A DNA stretch of 64,000 nt from Leucoraja ocellata (taxonomy: Eukaryota): contig JAWMAR010000007.1 in assembly GCA_036785375.1 (NCBI GenBank), forward strand, positions 10,974,001 through 11,038,000, given 5' to 3'. Both the position numbers and the translations under genes were made by a program. This document shows positions 1 through 11,120 of this stretch, in pieces. Positions within the stretch are counted from its first letter, which is position 1, and each line of letters begins with the position of its first letter. Under the pieces are notes generated by a model. The model was not told the DNA's origin and searched no databases. It saw only the letters and a list, made by a program, of their open reading frames with translations.

Positions 1-3000
1 GTACGCAATACTCCAGGTGTGGTCTCACCAAGACCCTGTACAACTGCAATAGAACCTCCCTGCTCCTATACGTAAATCCTTTTGCAATGAAAGCTAACAT
101 ACCATTTGCTTTCTTTACTGCCTGCTGCACCTGCATGCCTACCTTCAATGACTGGTGTACCATGACACCCAGGTCTCGCTGCATCTCCCCCTTTCCCAAT
201 CGGCCACCATTTAGATAATAGTCTGCTTTCCCGTTTTTGCCACCAAAATGGATAACCTCACATTTATCCACATTATATTGCATCTGCCAAACATTTGCCC
301 ACTCACCCAGCCTATCCAAGTCACCTTGCAGTCTCCTAGCATCCTCCTCACAGCTAACACCGCCCCCCAGCTTAGTGTCATCCGCAAACTTGGAGATATT
401 GCCTTCAATTCCCTCATCCAGATCATTAATATATATTGTAAATAGCTGGGGTCCCAGCACTGAGCCGTGTGGTACCCCACTAGTCACTGCCTTCCATTGT
501 GAAAAGGACCCGTTTACTCCTACTCTTTGCTTCCTGTTTGCCAGCCAGTTCTCTATCCACATCAATACTGAACCCCCAATGCCGTGTACTTTAAGTTTGT
601 ATACTAATCTCTTATGTGGGACCTTGTCGAAAGCCTTCTGGAAGTCCAGATACACCACATCCACTGGTTCTCCCCTATCCGCGCTACTAGTTACATCCTT
701 GAAAAATTCTATGAGATTCGTCAGACACGATTTACCTTTCGTAAATCCATGCTGACTTTGTCCAATGATTTCACCACTTTCCAAATGTGCTGCTATCCCA
801 TCTTTAATAACTGACTCTAGCAGTTTCCCCACTACCGATGTTAGACTAACTGGTCTGTAATTCCCCATTTTCTCTCTCCCTCCCTTCTTAAAAAGTGGGG
901 TTACGTTTGCTACCCGCCAATCTTCAGGAACTACTCCAGAATCTAAAGAGTTTTGAAAGATTATTACTAATGCATCCATTATTTCTGGAGCTACTTCCTT
1001 AAGTACTCTGGGATGCAGCCTATCTGGCCCTGGGGATTTATCGGCCTTTAATCCATTCAATTTACCCAACACCACTTCCCGGCTAACCTGGATTTCACTC
1101 AATTCCTCCAACTCCTTTGACCCGCGGTCCCCTGCTATTTCCGGCAAATTATTTATGTCTTCCTTAGTGAAGACGGAACCAAAGTAGTTATTCAATTGGT
1201 CCACCATATCCTTGTTCACCATGATCAACTCACCTGTTTCTGACTGCAAGGGACCTACATTTGTTTTAACTAATCTCTTTCTTTTCACATATCTATAAAA
1301 ACTTTTGCAGTCAGTTTTTATGTTCCCTGCCAGTTTTCTTTCATAATCTATTTTTCCTTTCCTAATTAAGCCCTTTGTCCTCCTCTGCTGGTCTCTGAAT
1401 TTCTCCCAGTTCTCCGGTATGCTGCTTTTTCTGGCTAATTTGTACGCATCATCCTTCGCTTTGATACTATCCCAGATATTCCTTGTTATCCACAGATGTA
1501 CTACCTTCCCTGATTTATTCATTTGCCAAACTGGGATGAACAATTATTGTAGTTCATCCATGCAGCCTTTAAATGTCTTCCATTGCATATCCACCGTCAA
1601 CCCTTTTAGAATTAATTGCCAGTCAATCTTGGCCAATTCACGTCTCATACCCTCAAAGTTACCTTTCTTTAAGTTCAGAACCATTGTTTCTGAATTAACA
1701 ATGTCACTCTCCATCCTAATGAAGAACTCAACCATATTATGGTCACTCTTGCCCAAGGGGGCACGGACAACAAGATTGCTAACTAACCCTTCCTCATTAC
1801 TCAATACCCAGTCTAAAATAGCCTGCTCTCTCGTTGGTTCCTCTACATGTTGTTTTAGATAACTACCCCGCATACATTCCAAGAAATCCTCTTCCTCAGC
1901 ACCCCTGCCAATTTGATTCACCCAATCTATATGCAGATTGAAGTCACCCATTATAACTGTTTTGCCTTTGTCGCACGCATTTCTAATTTCCTGTTTGATA
2001 CCATCTCCAACTTTACTACTACTGTTAGGTGGCCTGTACACAACACCCACCAGTGTTTTCTGCCCCTTAGTGTTTCGCAGCTCTACCCATACCGATCCAT
2101 CCTCCAAATGTCCTTCCTTTCCATTGCATTAATCCCCTCTCTAATCAGTAACGCTACCCCACCTCCTTTTCCTTTCTGTCTATCCCTCCTGAATATTGAA
2201 TATCCCTGGATGTTCAGCTCCCAGCCTTGGTCACCCTGGAGCCATGTCTCCGTGATCCCAACTATATCATAGTCATTAATAGCTATCTGCACATTCAACT
2301 CATCCACCTTATTACAAATGCTCCTTGCATTGAGACACAAAGCCTTCAGGCTTGTTTTTACAACACTCTTACCCCTTATACAATTATGTTGAAAAGTGGC
2401 CCTTTTTGATTTTTGCCCTGGTTTTGTCTGCCTGCCACTTTTAATTTTCACCTTGCTACCTATTTCTTCTACCCTCATTTTACACCCTTCGGTCTCTACG
2501 CTCACACATTTAAGAAACCCTTTCCCTTTAACTCCATCCTCCACTATCCCGTTCAACACCCCACCCCCCTTATTCAGTTTAAAGCCACCCGTGTAGCAGT
2601 GGCAAACCTGCCTGCCAGAATGCTGGTCCCACACCTGTTAAGATGCAATCCGTCCCTTTTGTACAGTTCCCCCTTACCCCAAAACAGATCCCAGTGATCT
2701 AAGAATCTAAATCCCTGCCCCGTGCACCAGTTCCTCAGCCACATGTTCAGGTCCCGTATCTCCCTGTTCCTGCTCTCGCTAGCATGGGGAACTGGAAGCA
2801 AACCGGAGATAACAACCCTGGAGTACCTGCTTTTCAACATTTTTCCGAGCTCTCTAAAGTCACGCTGCAGAATATTCATCCCCTTTTTTCCGACATCATT
2901 TGTGCCGACATGCACTGCCACTTCCGGATGTTCACCTTCGCCCTTGAGGATTTTCTGCACTCTGTCCGTGACATCCTGGATCCTGGCACCGGGAAGGCAG

Positions 3001-3930
3001 CACACCATCCTCGCATCCCCTCTGTTGCCGCAGAAACCCCTGTTCATACCTCTCACGATGGAGTCTCCCACTACAATGGCCTTGCCTGCCTTAGGCCTTT
3101 TTGGTTTTGGCTCAACAGCCCTATTCGCATCGCAAGCCAGTCCGCCGCTCACGTCTTCTGTCCCAACAGCTTCTAAGCGGATGAACCTGTTTACAAGAGG
3201 TACCCCACCCGGGGATGTTGGCATTCCATGCTTCCTTCCCTTTCTCACTGTCTCCCACCTTCTCTCTTCCAGTACCTTAGGTGTAACAATCGTACTGTAC
3301 GACTTGTTGAGGAACGACTCCATTTCTCGTACGAACTGGAGGTCGTCCACTTGCTTCTCCAGTTCCCCAACACGGTCCTTCAAGAGCTCTACCTGGATGC
3401 ACTTTTCGCATTTGTAGCAGCCAGAGGCACCAGCGGTGTCCTTGACCTCCCACATACTGCAAGCATCGCACTGTATCAGCTTGCCTGACATCTCCTTCTT
3501 TGGTCTCTACCTCTCAAGCGTATTGCGTGGTCTCCTCTCCTCAGCCTCCTCGCCGAAGACTCTTGAGCCAAAGACTCACACTTTACTCGCAAGACCGCTC
3601 ACTCACTGCCGCTCACTAAGAACTGTCCTGCTTAAATTGACTGATAAATTACCTGATTTACCAATTTACAAAGCAAACTCCTCAGTTTTCAACTGTTTTC
3701 ACCCCTCTGACTCACTTCTCTCTTCCCACTTGGGCTAGAGCCAATCAGTCGTATCTCTTGCTAATCTGCTGCTGCTGTTGTTCCTCCCAAATCTACAGCA
3801 GTTCTGAACAAAGACTGTGCGTCCTCGGCCTTTAACTGTTTTCACCCCTCTCCTCCCACTTGGGCTAGAGCCAATCAGTCGTATCTCTTGCTAATCTGTT
3901 GCTGCTGTTGTTCCTCCCAAATCTACAGCA
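1..3930 (-). mobile_element. Young CR1 LINE (5' UTR, ORF1, ORF2 cut by the window edge), copy A
   Basis: Minus-strand ORF1 (2574-3491) and APE-endonuclease ORF2 pieces (CLNARSI, GITETW, YRPP, MGDFN, SDHN); near identical to 34727-38656. Confidence 0.95.
2574..3491 (-). CDS. CR1 ORF1 protein (Cys-rich N-terminus, coiled coil, SGNH/GDSL esterase-like domain)
   Basis: 305 aa open frame with CxxC..CxxC, VGDSIVR, HVGTND and DGLHLN motifs typical of CR1 ORF1 esterase domains. Confidence 0.9.
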   Translation of the reverse strand: MSGKLIQCDACSMWEVKDTAGASGCYKCEKCIQVELLKDRVGELEKQVDDLQFVREMESFLNKSYSTIVTPKVLEERRWETVRKGRKHGMPTSPGGVPLVNRFIRLEAVGTEDVSGGLACDANRAVEPKPKRPKAGKAIVVGDSIVRGMNRGFCGNRGDARMVCCLPGARIQDVTDRVQKILKGEGEHPEVAVHVGTNDVGKKGMNILQRDFRELGKMLKSRYSRVVISGLLPVPHASESRNREIRDLNMWLRNWCTGQGFRFLDHWDLFWGKGELYKRDGLHLNRCGTSILAGRFATATRVALN

Positions 3931-4250
3931 CAACGTTGTGTTGCTGCTACTCAGGAGGGTTTAATCTAGTTTGTCAGAAGGTTGGGAACTGGAGCAGGTG
4001 GAGGAATTGAATGGGATGTAGACATCAGCTTAAGACTGATCAGAAGAGCTGGCGGGGCCAGGTTAATAAACGCAGTGGAACTGATGGGCTGAAGTATGTT
4101 TATTTCAATTCTATGTGTATTATGTGTAAGGCAGATGAATGTAGAGTTTGGATTAATGCATGGAACTATGATGTTGTGGCCATTAGAGTTTTGGTTGAGC
4201 GAGGGGCAGGACTGGCAGCACAATGTTCCAGGGTTTTAGGCGTGATTTAG
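3931..4250 (+). mobile_element. Old CR1 fragment (ORF1 end/ORF2 start), host of the young CR1
   Basis: gctactcaggagggtttaatctag followed by a degenerate LKYVYFNS..KADE..WNYDVVAI; same at 38657-38976. Confidence 0.75.
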
Positions 4251-4447
4251 CAGCATTGTAGGTTATATAAAAATGCAACCAGGCCACCTGCAATTACTCT
4301 ATTCAATTTGATTTGAGAATTCTGCATATTATTTATAAAGAAGATGAAGTTACATTTACAGTTACATTTCACCGCTCTAAAGCAGCGCAGGAGGGTCAGG
4401 GACAGATGGGTCAGAGTGGGAGTGGGATGGAGAAACATGGTCACAGA

Positions 4448-4655
4448 TGTGTAGGAAGGTACTGCAGATTCTGATTTATACCGAAGATAGACACAAAATG
4501 CTGGAGTAACACAACGTGCCAGGCAGCATCTATGGAGAAATGGAATAGATTCTACTTCAGGTCTGAAGAAGGCTTCCATTCACAAACATTACCTACTACT
4601 TTTCTCCAGAGATGCCGCATGATCTGCTGAGTTACTCCAGCATTTTGTGTCTATC
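4448..4655. mobile_element. Short palindromic Penelope-like terminal-repeat insertion with 14 bp target-site duplication
   Basis: aacatggtcacaga at both 4434-4447 and 4656-4669. Internal inverted arms agacacaaaatgctggagtaac...gttactccagcattttgtgtct. Related copies near 6100-6460, 9104-9310, 20030-20225, 20495-20755. Confidence 0.65.
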
Positions 4656-4756
4656 AACATGGTCACAGACACAGGTAAAGTATTGATAAAAATAAATGTG
4701 GGTAATGCATCCGACCAATGAATAATGTCCATATTTTAAATCTTTCTCTATCCGAG

Positions 4757-5125
4757 GTGATGTCAGCGCATCTATGGTGATCGGGAAGAGAGGAGGTGGT
4801 GCCACACTGAACTGCAACTTCAAACACTCGAGTGCAAATACCAGGGTGATCACTATCCTCTGGATGAAGGGGACTCCATGGGAAGAGTCCGTTGTCTTTA
4901 AACATACCGGCTCCTACGCCACAAGCGGTCCCGGCACTGACAATGTAAATACAGGAGGTCGATATGAGCTGGTGGGAAACGTAGACAAGGGAGATGCCTC
5001 CATCAGAGTGAGGGGACTCACATTGAATGACACCAACATCTATTTCTGTCATGTTTGGACCTGGAATTCCCCTCTGAAGAAAAATATTCAGGTGACTCAG
5101 GATGAGACGGGACTACAGGTTTTGG
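4757..5125 (+). CDS. Ig V-set exon V1 of Siglec-15-like receptor gene, copy A
   Basis: Acceptor tctttctctatccgAG, donor G|GTAAGG, 369 nt, phase 1-1. Encodes ATLNCNF..ILWMKG..RYELVG..GDASIRV..LNDTNIYFCHV..GLQVL (B-strand Cys, C-strand Trp, DxxxYxC). Confidence 0.92.
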
Positions 5126-5315
5126 GTAAGGAAACAGTCAATGTTGAGGAGTAAATGATAAAATCACATTGAACAACTGTGAGAAGAATGAGCTTTGATC
5201 TGTTTCCTCTCTGAATATTTCACTCCATTCTCCCGCTTGGTCTCTTTCAAATCTTCACCGATTCCTGGTTCTCCCCCTGCACCAATGAATAACAGTGACT
5301 TTTATCCCTCTCTAG

Positions 5316-5463
5316 GCTTCAGCCATCATCTTGGAATGATGGTGATAATGTATCTGGAGATACGTGTGTGTGCAGGAGAGAATGGACAGGTTGATCATTT
5401 CAGCTGCCATTTGTTGAGTCTACTTTCTTGTGATTGGCTTCACTTTCTAGTGATTAAACATAG
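5316..5463 (+). pseudogene. Decayed C2-set/TM exon after V1
   Basis: Colinear similarity to 11650-12200, including the upstream intron and acceptor. Large internal deletions, TTC-TGC-TGG changed to TTC-TAG-TGA, donor GTGAAC changed to ATAAAC. Paralog near 40040-40190. Confidence 0.8.
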
Positions 5464-6848
5464 ATAAACATCATGTCTAATCTCCATTGCTGGTGTTCAT
5501 GGGAGAATCATGGGACCTCCAGTGACATTGTTGTCAGCCTCTGGTTCCGGTAATGGGGGAGGGGAGAAGAGAGAGTAACTCTGGTGTGAGTGATCCTTCA
5601 TTATGTTGGCTGCTTTCCCAAGGAATAAATGCAGTTGATGGGCGGGGGAACGAGGGAAAACCTTTTATTCATTCTACATGGTTAATCCTGAGCTTTCTGG
5701 TGCTTGTAATCCTAATCATCTATGCAATTCCCCCTCTGACTATTTTTTGTGACTTCCTTATAACCTGTCTAATGCAATTTGAAGAACAGGGCTCTCTGCA
5801 TCATTGCAGAATCCATTGAATTCAAGAATTTTGGATGATACTTTTTCTCTCTTTTATCAGAACTAACCAGTTCTACTGAAGATAAGCAAAATGGATTATT
5901 AATCAGTTATTCTCTGAACAATTATTGCAACTTAAAATAAGTTGGCTGAAGTTGCAGAGGTTGTATAGAGGGGTGGATTGGAAATAGGAAATATCTCTGA
6001 AAGGGTGAGTCTAGATTTGCTGTTGATGAAATTATCTGGTTGATAAATTAAGGAAGGAAACTGGAGACAGAGAACACAAACAAAGATAGAAACAGAGCTG
6101 CAAAATGCACGTCAGCTACAAGAAACACGCTGCAGATCAGGCAGCGTCAGTGGAGAGAGGAGAACTGAGTCAGTATTGCAGATGGATAACCTGCTGCAGA
6201 ACTTCTGATACAAACAGTGAGAAAGTTACCAGAAATTGTTGTATTCAATGTTGACTCAATGGTTCAATGGGTCAACCTAGAATAGAGCAATTTCTGGTGA
6301 CTTGCTCGCTGTTTGTATCAGATCTGGCGAGTTCTACAGCATCTGCGATACTGACTCAGTTCTCCTGAAAAAGAGTCACGACCCGAAACGTCACCGATTC
6401 ATTCTATCCAGAGATGCTGCCAGCCCGCTGAATTACTCCAGCATTTTGTGTCTATTTTCGGTTCAATGGTTTCTTTATTATCACATGTAGCAAGTACAGT
6501 GAAATACATTTTTGCATACAGATCAGTAAGAATATCACCGTACATAAATAAGCACAATCCCCCCGGTTAGTACATCATGTACACAAGAACCCACTGAGTC
6601 TGGGCAACAGTTGCCATTTTGCACCATTTTACAGTCCTCGATGCAGTGGCCACAGAGGCCCCATTGCAGCCGCCGCCTCCATTCCAGTTGTCCTGGAATG
6701 TTGACCCTCACCCTGCACAGCCCTATTCAGCCCTTCTTCCCCAGGGGTGGTGTGCGGTGGGGGGGGGCTCCTCCTGCAGATGAGATTAGGGAACGGAAGT
6801 TAAAAACTCCTCCACTCCGCCTGAGTCGGTTAACCAGGCATTTTCTCG

Positions 6849-7760
6849 TTGGCTGCCAGTTACTAGCAGAGTTCCGCAGGGCTCGGTGCTGGGGCCACTG
6901 CTCTTCACGTTGTATATTAATGATTTGGATGAGGGGATTGAAGGCTTTGTGGCCAAGTTTGCAGATTATACAAAAATAGGTGGATGGGCAGGTAGTGCAG
7001 AGAAAGCAGGGTCTCTGTAGAAGAACTTGGATAGGTTGGGAGAGTGGGCAGAGAAGTGGCAGATGGAAAGGTGTGGAAAAGTGTGGAGTCATGTATTTTG
7101 GTAATAGGATTAAAGGCGTTGATTATTTTCTAAATGGGGAGAGAATCCAGAAATCGAAGTTGCAAGGTGATTTGAGAATGCTGGTGCAGGATTCACAAAA
7201 AGTTAATCTGCAAGTTGAAGCAGTTGTAAAGAAAGCAAACGCAATGCTAGCATTTATTTCGAGAGGGTTTATATGCAAAAGTAGGGATGTAATGCTGAGA
7301 ATCTTTCAGGTGCTGGTCAGGCCACATTTGGAATATTGTGAGCAATTTTAGGCACCATATCTGAGGAAGGATGTGCTGGCTCTGGAGAGGGTCCAGAGGA
7401 GGTTCACAAGAATGATCCCAGGAATGAGTAGGATAACATCAGATGAATATTTGACGGCACTGGGCCTATGTTTGCTGCAGTTTAGAAGAATGAGGGAGGA
7501 CCTCATTGAAACAGACAGAATAGTGAAAGGCTTGGATGTGGAGAGGATGCTTCCACTAGTGGGAGAGTCGAAGACGAGAGGTTTAAGCCTCAGAATTAAA
7601 GGACGTTCTTTTAGAAAGGAGATGAGGCTGAATTTCTTTGGTAGGAGGGTGGTGAATCTATGGAATTCATTGCCACAGATGGCTGTGGAGGCAATCAGTG
7701 GATATATTTAAGCAAGAGATAAGTAGATTCCTGATTAGTGCAGATGTCAGAGGTAATGAA
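6849..7760 (+). mobile_element. CR1 LINE 3' RT fragment (paralog about 41575-42490)
   Basis: Degenerate VPQGSVLGP/YINDLD, KKANAMLAFI..LVRPHLEYC, LERVQRRFTRMIPG. Confidence 0.9.
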
Positions 7761-8097
7761 AAGTGCTTCGGGTGCAGAACCTAAGACCCGCCACCCCCCC
7801 TCCCCCTCCCCCCCCCCCCACCTAATTCAGTTAACCGCGCCTTTAGTCACCCTCCATCCTCCTCTCCGGTTCCTGGTCTTCAAGGTCAAGGCTCCATCCT
7901 GGCCAGACTGAAACTGAGATGTCTTTACTTGAGATTGGCCCTTATTAGAATAGTGCAGGTCAGGAACAGGTGGATCAGAGTGGAATGGGATGGAGAATCC
8001 AAGTCACAAGTATGGATGAACTATTGATGAAGACTGTGTGGTTATTGTATTCAATTACTAAATCATATTCACACTTTAAAACTCTTCTCTCTGCAAG

Positions 8098-8460
8098 GTG
8101 ATAATGACAGAGCATCCATGGTGATTGGGAAGAAGGGTGCGACTGCCACACTGCCCTGCTCCTTCAGTCCCTCGAACAGGAATCCCAGCTCCATCACCAT
8201 CAGCTGGATGAAGGGGAATCCACCAAAATGGTCTGTTGTCTTTCGTGACACTTCTCCCCGCCCAGCAGCAAATCGCATTCCTGAAAATGTGAATATAGAA
8301 AATCGATATGAGCTGGTGGGAAATGTGGAGCAGGGAGACGCCTCCATCAGAGTAAAGGGACTCAAACTGGATGACGCCAGTGATTACTCCTGTCACCTTT
8401 ATGTCAGGAATTCAACGTTGACGACTGTGACTCAGGATGAGATGAAACTGCAGGTTGTGC
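8098..8460 (+). CDS. Ig V-set exon V2, copy A
   Basis: Acceptor ctcttctctctgcaAG, donor C|GTAAGG, 363 nt, phase 1-1. Encodes ATLPCSF..ISWMKG..RYELVG..GDASIRV..LDDASDYSCHL..KLQVV. Confidence 0.92.
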
Positions 8461-8534
8461 GTAAGGAAACATATGTTATGCTGTAAACGATAACATCATA
8501 TTGCACAACCTTAAGAGGAATGAGCTCCCACTGA

Positions 8535-9560
8535 CAGTGTAGACCAGCACAGGAACAGGCCCTTTGACCCGCAATGTCTGTACAGAACATGATGCTACGT
8601 TAATCTCGTCTACCTGCAGGTGATACATTTCTTCCATTACCTGCATTTCAAAAAGTCTCTAAAACTCCACTATCGTAGCTGCCTCCACCTCCACCCCTAG
8701 CAGTATTTTCCTGGCACCCACCACCCTCTGTGTAAACAATAACTTTCCCCACATATCTCCTTTCATCTTTTCCCATCTGTCCTTGTCACAATACCGTCTA
8801 TTCGTTGACATTTCCGCCGTAGGCAAAAGGTTCTGACTCTCTCTCCTATCCATGTCTTTCATATTTTTATAAACTTTCAACAGTCCAGAGAAACAGTTCA
8901 AGTATGTCCGACCTTTTCTTATAACTATTACCCTCTAATCCAGGCAGCATTCTGCTAAACCTCTTCTGAACCCTTTCCAAAGTCTCCTCATCCTTCCTGT
9001 AATGGGTGAAAACTGCACATAAAACTGAATGCAATAATCCCAGTGTCGTAACTAAAGTTGTATAGAGCTACAACATGACTTCCTGACTCTTGTATTCAGT
9101 AGATAGACACTAAAAGCTGGAGTAACTCACCGGGACAGACAGCGTCTCTGGAGAGAAGGAATGGATGATGTTTCGGGTCAAGTATCTTCTTCTTGACCTG
9201 AAACGTGACCCATCCTTTCTCTCCAGAGATGCTGCCTGTCCCGCTGAGTTACTCCAGCTTTTTGTGTCCATCTTCGGTTTTAACCAGCATCTGCAGTTCC
9301 TTCCTACACATCTTGTATTCAGTACCTTGACCAATGAAAGCAAGAAAACTGTACACGTTTTTAACGTGTTGCCATTTTCAGGGAGTAATGGAATTGGATC
9401 CCAATATTTTTCTGTACACCAGTGGTATTAAGGGTCTTGCCCTTGTATATTTTCCACTTGCATTCAACATCCCAAAGACAACACTTCACATATGTTCGGA
9501 TCAAACTCCATCTGCCATTTCTCTGCCTATATCTGTATTAGATTAAAATTTGTAGTATCT
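8535..9560 (-). mobile_element. Old CR1 3' fragment with nested palindromic repeat (9104-9310)
   Basis: Minus ORF 8659-8901 resembles the CR1 ORF2 C-terminus (FTQRVVGA); CR1-type 3' end near 8535. Confidence 0.75.
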
Positions 9561-9629
9561 TTCGACAGTTCTACGTTCATCTGTCTTCCTCATGATGCTC
9601 TTGCATTGTCAATGAGCAACACTACAGCC

Positions 9630-9710
9630 CATGTGTGGGTTTGATATTTGAGCTGCCACATGTGGACTGCACTCTTACGATTGGCTTCACTTTCTCATGT
9701 TTGAACAGAG
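9630..9710 (+). pseudogene. Decayed TM exon remnant after V2
   Basis: gctgcc..cttacgattggcttcactttctcatgtttgaacagaG|GTGAAC aligns to the functional gctgcc..cttataattggcctcacattctgctggttgaagagaG|GTGAAC, and the downstream intron is also homologous. The Arg codon position reads TGA. Paralog near 44055-44135. Confidence 0.8.
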
Positions 9711-9862
9711 GTGAACGCCACTGTCTCATCTCCAATGTTAGTGTTGACGGGAGACTTGTGGCATCTCCAATGATATTGTCATCAGCCTCTAGCTATGGTG
9801 GTTTGGGTCAGGTAATATTGACTTTTGAGGCAGTTCTGGCCAGTTCTTATACTTAACAGTAA

Positions 9863-10528
9863 AGGGCTTGTCCCACTTAGGTGATTTTTTAGGCGACTGC
9901 CGGTGACTGTCATGGTCGTAGCAGGTTGCCGAAAAACCGGTGACTGGACCCCCCCCCCACGACAATGTCTACAACAACCAACCACCTAGTCGACGTTAAG
10001 CCATGACATCCGGCGACTCAATCGTCACGACTTAGGACGTCCACCTACGACCACACCTAGACAACCCTACGACCACACAGGTGACAACCTACGATAACTC
10101 GTCAACCGACCTCCACCCGCGACAAGCTACGACAAGCTACCACCCTGTCGGTGACAATTGAAGACTTCTCTTGACGCCGGTAGCTGTTGCCGGTTGACGC
10201 AGGTTGACGTAGGTAGTCCCCAAATGAATTCATCGAAGTCAGCAGCAGCGACAACATACATCATCCTGGCAACAACCTATGTTATCCTGGCGACAACTTA
10301 CGACAGCACCTACGTCAGGAGAAGACAAGCTACGACAAGCCCAAGATCGCTGAGTGTCGCCAAAAAGATTTGAACATTTCAAAATCCTGCGGCGACCAGA
10401 AAAACGCTACGGATCTTTGGGCGACTTGAGGAGACGACTCACGACCCTACATGTGACACCCGGCAACCGTGTGGTGACCGCCTAGTTGCCCGTTGTCGCC
10501 TAATAATCGCGTACGTTGGACAGGCCCT
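9863..10528. mobile_element. Non-autonomous PIF/Harbinger-type DNA transposon (MITE)
   Basis: Imperfect TIRs agggcttgtccca..ttaggcgac / gtcgcctaa..ttggacaggccct, TAA target duplication (9860-9862, 10529-10531), internal ctacgac repeats. Confidence 0.85.
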
Positions 10529-10757
10529 TAAGCAAGTTATTGAAATTGTTGTATTAAATGTTAACACAAAAGCTTCATGCTGCCCAGACAGAAGATGAGG
10601 TTGCTTGAGATTGGGCCTCGTTAGAACAGTGCAGGAGGTCTGAGACAGACAGATCAGAGCGGGAGTGGGATGGGGAATCAATGTCACAGGCATGGTTGAT
10701 GTATTTTTATAAACCATGTGGAATAGATTGTTTAAATACAACTTTTCTCTATACAAG

Positions 10758-11120
10758 ATGGAAAGAAGAAGACATCCATGGTGATTGGGAAGAGAAGAGA
10801 TTCAGCCACACTGCCCTGCTCCTTCAGCCCCTTGAACAAGAATCCCAGCCCCATCACTGTCCGCTGGATGAAGGGGAATCCACGGGAAGAGTCCACAGTC
10901 TTTAATCACACCCACCCCCACTCTGTGAACCCTCCCTCCACTGTCACTGTAAAGGGAGGAGGTCGATATAAGCTGGTGGGAAAACTAGACCGGGGAGACG
11001 CCTCTATCAGCGTGAAGGAACTCAGACTGGACGACAGCAGTGACTATTTCTGTTACGTTTGGGTCAGGAATTCCACACAGGAGACGGTGACTCAGGATGA
11101 GACTAAACTGGAGGTTGTGG
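10758..11120 (+). CDS. Ig V-set exon V3, copy A
   Basis: Acceptor cttttctctatacaAG, donor G|GTAAGG, 363 nt, phase 1-1. Encodes ATLPCSF..VRWMKG..RYKLVG..GDASISV..LDDSSDYFCYV..KLEVV. Confidence 0.92.

Noticed and set aside
237-3488. Plus-strand ORFs of 100-230 aa (also 34663-38214)
   Set aside because: Antisense shadows of CR1 ORF1 and ORF2.
9950-10460. Short recurring ctacgac motifs as a CRISPR-like or coding array
   Set aside because: Irregular internal repeats of a Harbinger-type MITE in eukaryotic DNA; no repeat-spacer periodicity.
8098-11120. Positive selection on V exons between copies A and B
   Set aside because: Hand counts (about 13-14 nonsynonymous vs 4 synonymous in V2+V3) are near the neutral ratio and too few to support it.
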